From positions 32,001 to 96,000 of the forward strand of contig JANRKO010000028.1 in the NCBI GenBank assembly GCA_033763455.1: a stretch of 64,000 nt of DNA, in the 5' to 3' direction. Source of the DNA: Polyangiaceae bacterium. GTDB taxonomy: Bacteria > Myxococcota_A > Polyangia > Polyangiales > Polyangiaceae. The number at the start of each line of letters is the position of its first letter. The first letter of the stretch is position 1. Below the pieces are notes generated by a model that had not been told where the DNA came from, ran no database searches, and saw only the letters and a list, made by a program, of their open reading frames with translations. A program made the position numbers and the translations under genes. This document shows, in pieces, positions 1-8,406 of this stretch.

Positions 1-666
1 GGTGCCGTTTGCACTGATAGTCACTTCAGTGCTGGCTGAGCTCATTGGTTCCGCCTGAATCCCGGTGATAGTGCAGCCGCCACCCGCACGTGGAGTGCAG
101 GTGGTGCAAGTTGAGAACTTGTCAACGGGGCACGAGATGACAGTGGAAGCGACCGCGTGAAAAGTGTATACGCCGCTCGGAATTCTCGCGTACCGTTGAC
201 AGTTGGCGGGCCCGGCCGGCAAATTACTTGCCTTCACGCACTCGTTGGGTAACGTCACCTCAGAAGTGAGGCGGGCATCCCAATCCTCAACCGTTGATTC
301 TCCAGGATTGAGCTGCACCACCGTGGGCGCGATGTAGATGGCGGGGCATCCCGGGTGAAAGTCTGGGCGCTGCAAATCCCCGCAAGAACCCTGTCTGCAG
401 CCGGACCCTGAGTGCTGCAGCACTCCAGATGAATCAGAGATCTGGAACCCATCCACGTATAGGCTTTTGGTCGACGCGTTCACGAGCCGAACGTACATCT
501 TGCCTGGTAAGGCGTCTTGATACGCCGCGCAAAGGTCCGCCTTGCTAAGCTGACGCGGAAAGTTCGTTTCGTTAGGGTCAGCCTCTGCCTGAGCAGAGCA
601 CCCTGAAAGGTTCAGAAGAACCGGGATAGACAGAGTGATTCGAAACGCACCTGTTAGGAAGCCCAT
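1..666 (-). CDS. Cys-rich lipoprotein of unknown function (3' end runs off the window; absent from the ORF track)
   Basis: My translation from ATG 666 is open to base 1: MGFLTGAFRITLSIPVLLNLSGC (lipobox LSGC), then many Cys. A sigma54 motif lies directly upstream. Confidence 0.75.
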   Translation of the reverse strand, partial: MGFLTGAFRITLSIPVLLNLSGCSAQAEADPNETNFPRQLSKADLCAAYQDALPGKMYVRLVNASTKSLYVDGFQISDSSGVLQHSGSGCRQGSCGDLQRPDFHPGCPAIYIAPTVVQLNPGESTVEDWDARLTSEVTLPNECVKASNLPAGPANCQRYARIPSGVYTFHAVASTVISCPVDKFSTCTTCTPRAGGGCTITGIQAEPMSSASTEVTISANGT

Positions 667-677
667 GTTTCCCGTAA

Positions 678-693
678 CGCAAACCGTGTGCCA
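678..693 (-). promoter_or_regulatory. sigma54 (-24/-12) promoter
   Basis: TGGCACACGGTTTGCG fits TGGCAC-N5-TTGC. Predicted +1 is about 667, next to ATG 666. Confidence 0.75.
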
Positions 694-751
694 ATGAGAT
701 GGAAGCCGGCATTTGGCGATCTGCCCTTCGTTAGGGGGTAACTGGATCACG

Positions 752-772
752 GTGTGCCACCCGTGTGCCACC
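752..772. promoter_or_regulatory. Tandem direct repeat, candidate enhancer-binding-protein site
   Basis: GTGTGCCACC at 752-761 and 763-772 (11-nt period), about 85-105 nt upstream of the predicted sigma54 +1. Confidence 0.4.
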
Positions 773-969
773 TTCTACCTTGCCTCAATTCTCATCTCGC
801 CGCGCAATTCCCATCTCGTACTGGCCACTCAGACCCTCGCGGGCGAATCCTGTGCTTGCTATGGCGGCTTGGGCGGCGGAGCTGCAATTGCTCCTTCCGC
901 GTCTCCCGCCTCGGAGGCGCTTGGCGAGGGGCAAGCTGCCGCTTCAAGGGGGGCAGCAGGGTGGGCACC

Positions 970-990
970 GACCAATGACCAATGACCAAT
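970..990. repeat. Heptamer tandem repeat (GACCAAT)x3
   Basis: Read directly; intergenic, just past the ugd stop. Confidence 0.9.
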
Positions 991-1004
991 CACGGCTTGC
1001 CGCC

Positions 1005-2321
1005 TCAGAGTGGCGGCCGCCCCATCCCACGGTACTTAAAGCCTGCTTCGAGCACGGCTTCGCGCATTAGAATGTTGCGGCCGTCGAACAGCACCTTTTG
1101 GCGGAGGAGCCCGCCAATTCGCTGCAAATCGGGATTGCGATATTCGTTCCACTCGGTGGCAATCACCAGCGCATCGGCGCCCTCACAGGCTGCGTACTCA
1201 TTCTCCACGAGCAGCACCTTCTCTTTTAAGTTCATGTGAGAGAGCGAGGCGAGCGCTGTCTCCATGGCTTGCGGATCGGTGGCTTGCACCTTGGCTCCGC
1301 GGCGATCAAGCTCTGCAATCAGGCGTAGGGCGGGCGCCTCACGCACATCGTCCGTCTTTGGTTTGAAGGCGAGGCCCCAGATGGCAATTACTTTGCCCGA
1401 GAGCCCTCCCAGATCTTCTTCCATGTGGCGGATGAGCGTCGCTACGGGGCGTTCATTGGCCTCAATGGCGGCCTGAGTCACTTTCATGCTCACGCCGAGA
1501 TCAGAGCCCGTGCGCACCAGGGCGCGTAGATCTTTGGGGAAGCAGCTGCCGCCAAAGCCCATGCCTGGGTAGAGGAAGTGGCCGCCGATGCGCTGATCGG
1601 AGCCGAGCGCTACACGGACGTCTTCTACGTCGCCCCCTGCTGCATTGCAGAGCTCAGCTACCTCATTCATGAATGAGATCTTGGTGGCCAGCATGGCGTT
1701 GGCTGCATACTTTACGATTTCGGCGCTCTTCGGGCTCATGCGCAAGATGCGATTGCGTTGACGATTGTGGGGTGCGTAGAGGCGCTCCAGTACGTCAAAT
1801 GCGTGATCGTCGTCGGTACCTACGACGATGCGATCGGGTTTGAAGAAGTCATTGACGGCATCCCCTTCTTTGAGAAATTCCGGATTGCTCACCACCGAAA
1901 TCTTATGCGTGCTATGCTTACGAACCACTTCGGTGACTCGCGCGTTGGTGCCAACCGGCACCGTGCTCTTGAGCACCAAGATAAGATCGTGTGTTGTGGC
2001 TTTGGCCACCTGTTCGGCGACGCCGAGGACATGCGTGAGATCAGCTGAGCCATCTTCGTGCGGCGGGGTGCCCACGGCAATGAATACAGCCGCGCGGCCG
2101 GCGATGGATTCGGCGAGGTTAGAACTGAAGTGCAAGCGCTCGGGCCAATTGTTTTTGACGAGCTCAGCTAGGTGCGGCTCGAAAAATGGCACTTCACCAG
2201 CGCGTAACTTGTTGAGCTTGCCTTCGTCGACGTCGACGCACACGACGTCAACCCCCGAGTCCGCAAAACAAGCGCCTGCAACCAACCCAACGTAGCCCGT
2301 TCCAACAACAGCAATTTTCAC
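1005..2321 (-). CDS. ugd: UDP-glucose/GDP-mannose 6-dehydrogenase
   Basis: GTGYVG Rossmann motif, NPEFLKEG, catalytic GGSCFPKD, FKPKTDDVRE. Confidence 0.95.
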   Translation of the reverse strand: MKIAVVGTGYVGLVAGACFADSGVDVVCVDVDEGKLNKLRAGEVPFFEPHLAELVKNNWPERLHFSSNLAESIAGRAAVFIAVGTPPHEDGSADLTHVLGVAEQVAKATTHDLILVLKSTVPVGTNARVTEVVRKHSTHKISVVSNPEFLKEGDAVNDFFKPDRIVVGTDDDHAFDVLERLYAPHNRQRNRILRMSPKSAEIVKYAANAMLATKISFMNEVAELCNAAGGDVEDVRVALGSDQRIGGHFLYPGMGFGGSCFPKDLRALVRTGSDLGVSMKVTQAAIEANERPVATLIRHMEEDLGGLSGKVIAIWGLAFKPKTDDVREAPALRLIAELDRRGAKVQATDPQAMETALASLSHMNLKEKVLLVENEYAACEGADALVIATEWNEYRNPDLQRIGGLLRQKVLFDGRNILMREAVLEAGFKYRGMGRPPL

Positions 2322-2411
2322 AAAGCTCGGGATACACCCGATTTTTCTAGGTGTCGAGACCGAAGCTCGCTCCCCATCGTGGGGGGTGGGGCCGGGGATG
2401 GGCCGGCGCTC

Positions 2412-2954
2412 TCAGGCGCTTGCTTCGGCGTCTTGTTCCAGCTGATCCAGAATTTCGTCCGCGCGGGCCTCGGAGATCCCGAACCAATCCGCCAGCTGGT
2501 TAATCAGGGCGTTCTCTTCGGGCGCTACATTGTCGTCCGCGAGAGCTATCGCGGCCGCTAGGGCAAAAGCACCTTCCGCCTCGCTGGGCTCATCCGCGAG
2601 CTCTTCTGCAATTTCCTGCAGGCGCGCGTCCCGGCCCTGCTCGGCCAGGCGCTGCTGATAATTCTCCACCATCACCTTGATGGTGCCGGAGCGCAGGAGG
2701 TTATCAGTGAGGCCGCGAATAGCTCCGCGCAGCGCTACGATCTCCGCTTCCTCAACACGCCCGTCGACGGACATCATGAGGAACATGGTCTCCGCGAGTG
2801 GATCCACTCGGGTCAAGGCGGCGAGCTCATCAATGCTCAAAAGCCCTTCTCGCGTTAGGGTTTCGTAGGCAGGTGAAACCACGATTGATGGGCGACGCCC
2901 GCTTTGCAGCAGGGCGTCTCGCAGGCGACTGATGGTGCCGGTTCTGAGTTCCAT
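2412..2954 (-). CDS. TerB-family (tellurite resistance-like) protein
   Basis: Two acidic motifs, VDGRVEEAE and ADDNVAPEE, in a helical protein ending LADWFGIS. Confidence 0.75.
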   Translation of the reverse strand: MELRTGTISRLRDALLQSGRRPSIVVSPAYETLTREGLLSIDELAALTRVDPLAETMFLMMSVDGRVEEAEIVALRGAIRGLTDNLLRSGTIKVMVENYQQRLAEQGRDARLQEIAEELADEPSEAEGAFALAAAIALADDNVAPEENALINQLADWFGISEARADEILDQLEQDAEASA

Positions 2955-3103
2955 CCGAGCGGAAAAGGATAGGCGAGGATGGCGGGGGTTGGCAATTGAC
3001 CGGTGGCCTCTGCCTATTTCGTGTGTTGAACCATCGCGTTCGAGTCCAGAATTCAGCGCAAATCATCGCCCCATGCCCCGGTGAGGCCTGCTACACTCAC
3101 GCC

Positions 3104-3976
3104 GTGTCTGGCCACCCAGGAACCCCTCACACTGACGTCGCATCGCAAGCGTCACGCCCCTTTGTCGATGAGCGCCTGGTGGCACCCGAAAGTCGCTATG
3201 AGGCCCACGAGGGAAGGCTCGTCTACATGTCTCCTTCCGATGAACCGCACGCCACACGGCACTCCAAGGTAACCGCGCTCCTCGAAGCTTGTGTATCTGC
3301 CGACTATGATGTGGCGTGCGACATGTTGACTCGCACTTCCGAGACTGACGACATAGCGCCGGACGCGAGCATCTTTCCTGTGGCGCGTGATCCTGAAACG
3401 GGGGGGCGATTGCTCGAGGAGCTTGCGTTTGAGGTCCTTAATACCGAGCGTCTAAATCACGCGGGCATCAAGGCTCAAAAGCTCAAGGGACGCGGGGTGC
3501 GCCGAGTTTTCGCGATCGACGTGGAGCGGCGTCGAGCGTTTGAGTGGTCCTCTGAGCTCGGAACGTGGTCCCTTCTCTCCCCGGCAGCTGAGATTGAAGA
3601 CCGCACGCTTGCCATGCCGTTGCCGCTTCGGGCACTTGTGGAGGCTGCAAAAGCGGACGACACCATCGCCCAGGCTTTGCTCGTGAAAGGCAATCCCGTG
3701 CTTGTCGAGGCTCTCAGGCACCAACGGGTTGCTGGCAGAGCTGAAGGCAAAGCGGAGGGGAAGGCTGAAGGCAAGGCAGAGGGGAAGGCTGAAGGCAAGG
3801 CGGAGGGGAAGGCTGAAGGCAAAGCGGAGGCAATTCTATTTGTCCTTGAATCCCGCGGTTTTGTTCTATCACCGAGGGAGCGAGGGGTTATCGCCACCGA
3901 GCAGTCCGAACCAAAGCTCGACGCTTGGTTGAGCCGAGCTGCCGTCTGCCAGAGCGTGGCTGAGCTTTTAGAGTGA
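3104..3976 (+). CDS. Uma2/DUF820-family PD-(D/E)XK endonuclease with AEGK repeat tail
   Basis: RYEAHEGRLVYMSP, APDASI, LAFEV motifs; C-terminal (AEGK)7 then 'LDAWLSRAAVCQSVAELL'. GTG 3104 chosen because TACACT lies 6 nt upstream. Confidence 0.8.
   Translation: MSGHPGTPHTDVASQASRPFVDERLVAPESRYEAHEGRLVYMSPSDEPHATRHSKVTALLEACVSADYDVACDMLTRTSETDDIAPDASIFPVARDPETGGRLLEELAFEVLNTERLNHAGIKAQKLKGRGVRRVFAIDVERRRAFEWSSELGTWSLLSPAAEIEDRTLAMPLPLRALVEAAKADDTIAQALLVKGNPVLVEALRHQRVAGRAEGKAEGKAEGKAEGKAEGKAEGKAEGKAEAILFVLESRGFVLSPRERGVIATEQSEPKLDAWLSRAAVCQSVAELLE
3740..3829 (+). repeat. In-frame 12-nt tandem repeat encoding (AEGK)7, with a 24-nt higher-order period
   Basis: Alternating GCTGAAGGCAAR and GCRGAGGGGAAG units. 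Confidence 0.95.
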
Positions 3977-4018
3977 GTAGCTGCGCCCAGGGTTTTCGGG
4001 CGGCGTTTCCGTAGCGTT

Positions 4019-4834
4019 CTAGGGCCTCGGGGACGACTTTTTGGGCGGGCGTGTGCTCGCGGGGTCGAGGCTGTCTCTCGGTGGGCCTGGCAAATGAACG
4101 AACAGGCACACCCCCTCTTCGGGGCTGAGATGTGAGCGCCAAAGAGCACCAGAAACGAGGCGTGAACTCTCGTCGATCGGGGCGCTACACAGGCGGCCTC
4201 CCCAGCGCTCAAGGTGGAGCTCGGACACAAGGTCGCGCGGCAAACTGCGAGCGCGTGACCCCTGGAGCACACCTTCGCTGAATACGCACAAGGTGGTGTC
4301 TGCGGTCAAAGAGGTTAGCTTGTAGCTGTGGTGTTCGTCTGGAAGGAGGCCCACGGGGTTTGAAAGGGCGGGCTCCAGCGAGATTGCTCCCGTGTTATCG
4401 ACACAACCGATATGGGGCAACCCGGCGTTGAGAATTTCAAGCTTCTGCTCGCTCGGGTCGATGCGCAGGACCCCGAGTGCCAAGGGCCCGACTCCGCGCT
4501 GGAACAACACATCCTTGAGCTTGTTCACAACCTCGTGAAGTGGAGCGCATTGACCGAGTGCGCTTACAAGCACAGGCTCCGCCGCCGAAAGCAGTGGCTC
4601 CGGGTTGGCGCGGCCGAGGGCATCGACCATGATCACGGACCAACCGCCCTGGGCATCGGCGATAGCGTAGGTGCGCGCACTTCCAAGTGAAGGACCAACG
4701 GCGATGCTTTGGGCCCAGAGCCTCGGGGCCAGTACCGGAAACGGCCGAAGGGAAGTTGAGGCGGCAGTGCCACTACCCGAGCTGAGCGGCAGCGCGGGGG
4801 ATGGAGGGCGGAGCGGAACAAGGGGGTCTGACAC
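4019..4834 (-). CDS. Degenerate SpoIIE/PP2C-like phosphatase-domain protein
   Basis: LEILNAGLP and TLCVFSEGV resemble PP2C-SpoIIE motifs (NAGHP, TDG), but metal-binding Asp residues appear substituted. Confidence 0.6.
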   Translation of the reverse strand: MSDPLVPLRPPSPALPLSSGSGTAASTSLRPFPVLAPRLWAQSIAVGPSLGSARTYAIADAQGGWSVIMVDALGRANPEPLLSAAEPVLVSALGQCAPLHEVVNKLKDVLFQRGVGPLALGVLRIDPSEQKLEILNAGLPHIGCVDNTGAISLEPALSNPVGLLPDEHHSYKLTSLTADTTLCVFSEGVLQGSRARSLPRDLVSELHLERWGGRLCSAPIDESSRLVSGALWRSHLSPEEGVCLFVHLPGPPRDSLDPASTRPPKKSSPRP

Positions 4835-4851
4835 GGGCCTCTGGCGGGTAA

Positions 4852-4867
4852 TGCCAAAGTCGTGCCG
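4852..4867 (-). promoter_or_regulatory. Possible sigma54 promoter for the SpoIIE-like gene
   Basis: CGGCACGACTTTGGCA has GG-N10-GC spacing; the -12 box is imperfect. Confidence 0.4.
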
Positions 4868-5010
4868 AGTGGCAGTATGCGGAAAAATGCCGCAAATTGC
4901 GCCAATTTCTCAGCTCGCTGTGACTTGGATATCCCGATTTGAGACCCCGCACGTCCCGCTCATAGACGCCAGGCCTTAAAGCGAGAGCGGCACCGTGCGT
5001 AGGGATCAGC

Positions 5011-6453
5011 ATGAGCCCGAGCGACCCCACTCCCAGAAGCGAACCCAAAGGGTCGAAGCTGGTTTCCATAATTGACGACGATCCCACGGTTCGGCGATTG
5101 ATGCGTTTCTGGTTAGAGAAGGATGGCTACCAAATCATCGAACACGCCTCTGGAACGAGCGCGTTGAATTACGCGGGAGATATGCCCGCGGCAGTCTGCA
5201 TCGATCTCGGGCTCGACGATGTTCCTGGTCTGGAGGTCTTGCGCCACCTAAAAGCTCGGGATCCTGAGATTTCACTCATCGTAGTCACCGCTCAGCGTGA
5301 CATCGACACCGCCGTCGAGGCGATGCGTGCCGGGGCGTACGACTATGTGACCAAGCCCTTGGAACGCGAGAGGCTCCTTTTGGCCGTTGGACGCGGTATC
5401 GAACGCCGCGACCTCGTGAGCAACGTGCGTCGCCTGAAAAATGCTCTTTCTGAGCATAAATCTGAGCATTCTATCATCGGGCGCAGTGCTCCCATGATGG
5501 AGCTGGATCGGCAGATAAGCCACGTGTTGGAGAGCGACGTGGCGGTATGCGTATTTGGGGAAAGCGGCACGGGCAAGGAACTAGTTGCACGCGCGATTCA
5601 TCAAGGCGGGCCACGCAAAGCGGGACCTTTTGTAGCGATCAACTGCGCGGCCATTCCTCATTCGCTGTTGGAATCTGAACTATTCGGTCACGAGCGCGGC
5701 GCGTTCACAGGTGCCACTCACACGCGGCGCGGGCGCTTTGAAGAGGCGGATCGCGGAACTTTGTTCCTTGATGAGCTCGGGGAAATGAGCTCAGGAACCC
5801 AGGCGAGCCTGTTAAGAACATTGCAAGAAAAGAAGATCCGCCGCGTGGGCGGTTCCCAAGAAATCCCCACCGATGCGCGGATCGTTTGCGCCACGCATCG
5901 AGATTTACGTGCCGAGGTGGAGGCGGGCCGTTTTCGTGAGGATCTATATTTTCGCTTGGTTGTTTACCCAATCATCGTGCCCCCGCTTCGCAATCGGGTT
6001 GAAGATATTCCCCTCCTAGTGGGGCACTTTTTACAGTCTTTGCGTGCCGATGTCGGCCGAGAGGTTCAGCGCATTAGCCCTGAGGCTTTGGAAGCTCTTA
6101 CCCGCTACCGTTGGCCAGGCAACGTGCGCGAACTGCAGAACGTAGTGCATCGCTGCATGTTGGCCTCGCGTGGCCACGAGATCACGCTGGCTGATCTGCC
6201 GCAAGATGTTCGAGCGCATGCCGCGCCGCCAATCCCGCATCATCACACGGGGAACGGCTCCATTTCACCGATATCGATTGCCCCCACGGCGACCGACATT
6301 GTGCCCCTTCAGGAGTTGGAGCGGCGTGCTATTGAGCGCGCGCTCCGTGCAACCGGTGGTAGCGTTGGCAAGGCGGCCAAGTTGCTTGGTATCGGTCGCG
6401 CTACGCTGTACAGGAGGATCCAGAGCATGTCGTTGTCGCGCGAGGTTGCGTGA
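5011..6453 (+). CDS. NtrC-family sigma54-dependent response regulator (REC-AAA+-HTH)
   Basis: IIDDD receiver start, GESGTGKE Walker A, GAFTGA, WPGNVREL, C-terminal LGIGRATLYRR. Confidence 0.97.
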   Translation: MSPSDPTPRSEPKGSKLVSIIDDDPTVRRLMRFWLEKDGYQIIEHASGTSALNYAGDMPAAVCIDLGLDDVPGLEVLRHLKARDPEISLIVVTAQRDIDTAVEAMRAGAYDYVTKPLERERLLLAVGRGIERRDLVSNVRRLKNALSEHKSEHSIIGRSAPMMELDRQISHVLESDVAVCVFGESGTGKELVARAIHQGGPRKAGPFVAINCAAIPHSLLESELFGHERGAFTGATHTRRGRFEEADRGTLFLDELGEMSSGTQASLLRTLQEKKIRRVGGSQEIPTDARIVCATHRDLRAEVEAGRFREDLYFRLVVYPIIVPPLRNRVEDIPLLVGHFLQSLRADVGREVQRISPEALEALTRYRWPGNVRELQNVVHRCMLASRGHEITLADLPQDVRAHAAPPIPHHHTGNGSISPISIAPTATDIVPLQELERRAIERALRATGGSVGKAAKLLGIGRATLYRRIQSMSLSREVA

Positions 6454-8360
6454 CAACGGGGGAGAGGGGGCCGGGGTTAGCGCAAATTCTTCGTGATCGG
6501 CTGCGCGAGGGTGGCATCGACCCAGAGTCTACCCCGGATGCAGCAGGCTTTAAGCGTGCGCTCTTGGTGATGGAAGCCTTGTTGCATGAACGAAGCCTTG
6601 TTGGCCCAAACTCGGACGAAGCCGAACGGTTAAGAATTGGCGGGCCACGCACAGCGCGGCCGAATCCATTTGCCGAGCTTCCGACCTTGTTTTCCACGCT
6701 GAGCCACGAGCTCAGAACGCCCATGACGGTGGTCATGGGGGCGCTGGAGCTGCTCGGCGAGCGGCGGCTTGGTAGCGACGATCAAACGATCGTTCAGAAC
6801 GCTCACGCTGCCGGTAAACAACTTGTCCACGTTGTGGACAATATCTTGCAGTTCGCCACGCTGCAGTACGGCGCCCTGGAGCTTCAGCCTGAACAGTTTG
6901 ATCTTGCGGCAGCTATCGAGAAGATCGCTGCCGGTTACCGTGCCCAGGCGAAAGCTCGAAAACTGGATTTTTCGCTGGATTTGGATCCTGAGCTTCCGGC
7001 CGCAGTGTTCGCCGATTCGGGACGGGTAGAACAGGTTCTCCGTGAACTCGTAGACAACGCGTTCAAGTTTACTTTCGATGGCGGGATCCGTGTTTCGGTG
7101 CGGGCACCCGTGACGAACGGCTCTGCGCGCCTGGAATTTACGGTGGAAGATGATGGAGTTGGCATTGGCGAGGGTGCCAAAGCGCGCATGTTTCGCCCGT
7201 TTTCTCAGGGCGATCCGTCGTCGACGCGCCGTTTCGGCGGAACCGGGCTCGGGCTCGTCGTGGCACAGCGCTTGACCGAAATGATGGGTGGCGAGATGGG
7301 TTTTTCCTCGGAGCTCGGTCAGGGGAGTCGATTTTGGTTCTGGATCCCACTGGTGGGGCTCGGAGCATCGCTCACTGCCCCGCGCACCGTGACGCAAGTC
7401 AGCCCCAGTTCAATTGGACTCAGGCTCGAAGGCGACCGCAGTTCGCGCAAGATCTTGGTAGCTGACGACAACCCCTTCAATCGAGAGCTCGTGCTGCGAG
7501 CGCTTCAAGGTTATTCCGACGTGGTTGTGGTGGGCACGGGTAAGGACGCCGTGGATGCGGTCATGCACGGTAGATTCGGGTTGGTTCTCATGGATTGCCA
7601 GATGCCAGACATGGACGGGCTTGAGGCAACCCGTCACATTCGTGCCGCGCTTCTGGATGACTACGTGCCGATCGTGGCCCTTACGGCGAACGCGATGCCC
7701 GGAGATCGCCAGCGGTGTGTAGCGGCTGGTATGGACGATTACCTGGCCAAGCCGTTTGATTTAGAGACATTGCGCGCCGTTGTGAGTCGCTATGTGGGCC
7801 CCTCTCACGTCACTCAATCCGCTGAAACGCTTCCGCCGCTTGGCGAGCGCAGACCCGTGCCGACTGCGGCGAAACTCGTTCTGGCCAGGCAGCTCCAAGT
7901 TCACTCGGCCCCAAAAATTACCGATACCCCCGCGGATTCGAAGGCCCCGGCTCAGACGGGCGTGATCCCTGTCGATCTCAGTCGCTTGCAACAACTGAGT
8001 GAAGAAGCGGGCTCGCAAGATCTGGTGGTGGAGCTTTCAGAGATCTTTGTAAGTGACACCGAGCAGCGCCTGGCACTGATTACCGATGCGCTCAGTCGAG
8101 AAGACTTTCAGGCAGTCGCCCGAAGTGCCCACACGGTGAAAGGTGCGGCTGGTAGCTTCGGTGCACCTGAGGTAGCGGAGCTTGCGACGAGCTTAGAAGC
8201 CTTTGCGAAAAACTACGATGAGTTGCAGGTGGCGCGGACGCTCGCCGAGCTGAAGCAGGAGTTTGCGAGGGTGGCGCACTACCTGGCTACAGTGGTGCTA
8301 CCTGGGCCAAGTGATACCATGCCGTCGCCCAAGGTACCGAGCATGCGAAGCCGCGGCTGA
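6450..8360 (+). CDS. Hybrid histidine kinase (HisKA-HATPase-REC-Hpt), no obvious sensor or TM domain
   Basis: SHELRTP, DNAFKFT, GGTGLGL, LMDCQMPDMDG, Hpt AHTVKGAAG; GTGA overlap with the regulator stop. Confidence 0.95.
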   Translation: MTTGERGPGLAQILRDRLREGGIDPESTPDAAGFKRALLVMEALLHERSLVGPNSDEAERLRIGGPRTARPNPFAELPTLFSTLSHELRTPMTVVMGALELLGERRLGSDDQTIVQNAHAAGKQLVHVVDNILQFATLQYGALELQPEQFDLAAAIEKIAAGYRAQAKARKLDFSLDLDPELPAAVFADSGRVEQVLRELVDNAFKFTFDGGIRVSVRAPVTNGSARLEFTVEDDGVGIGEGAKARMFRPFSQGDPSSTRRFGGTGLGLVVAQRLTEMMGGEMGFSSELGQGSRFWFWIPLVGLGASLTAPRTVTQVSPSSIGLRLEGDRSSRKILVADDNPFNRELVLRALQGYSDVVVVGTGKDAVDAVMHGRFGLVLMDCQMPDMDGLEATRHIRAALLDDYVPIVALTANAMPGDRQRCVAAGMDDYLAKPFDLETLRAVVSRYVGPSHVTQSAETLPPLGERRPVPTAAKLVLARQLQVHSAPKITDTPADSKAPAQTGVIPVDLSRLQQLSEEAGSQDLVVELSEIFVSDTEQRLALITDALSREDFQAVARSAHTVKGAAGSFGAPEVAELATSLEAFAKNYDELQVARTLAELKQEFARVAHYLATVVLPGPSDTMPSPKVPSMRSRG

Positions 8361-8406
8361 ACACACACACGGTGACGCTCCACTTTTTCTCGGGGCGCCA
8401 ACGTGT

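Noticed and set aside
3475..4272. 265-aa minus-strand ORF with PSAL/PSAF repeats
   Set aside because: Antisense shadow of the AEGK tract. Most other short overlapping ORFs in the track are likewise GC-rich shadows.
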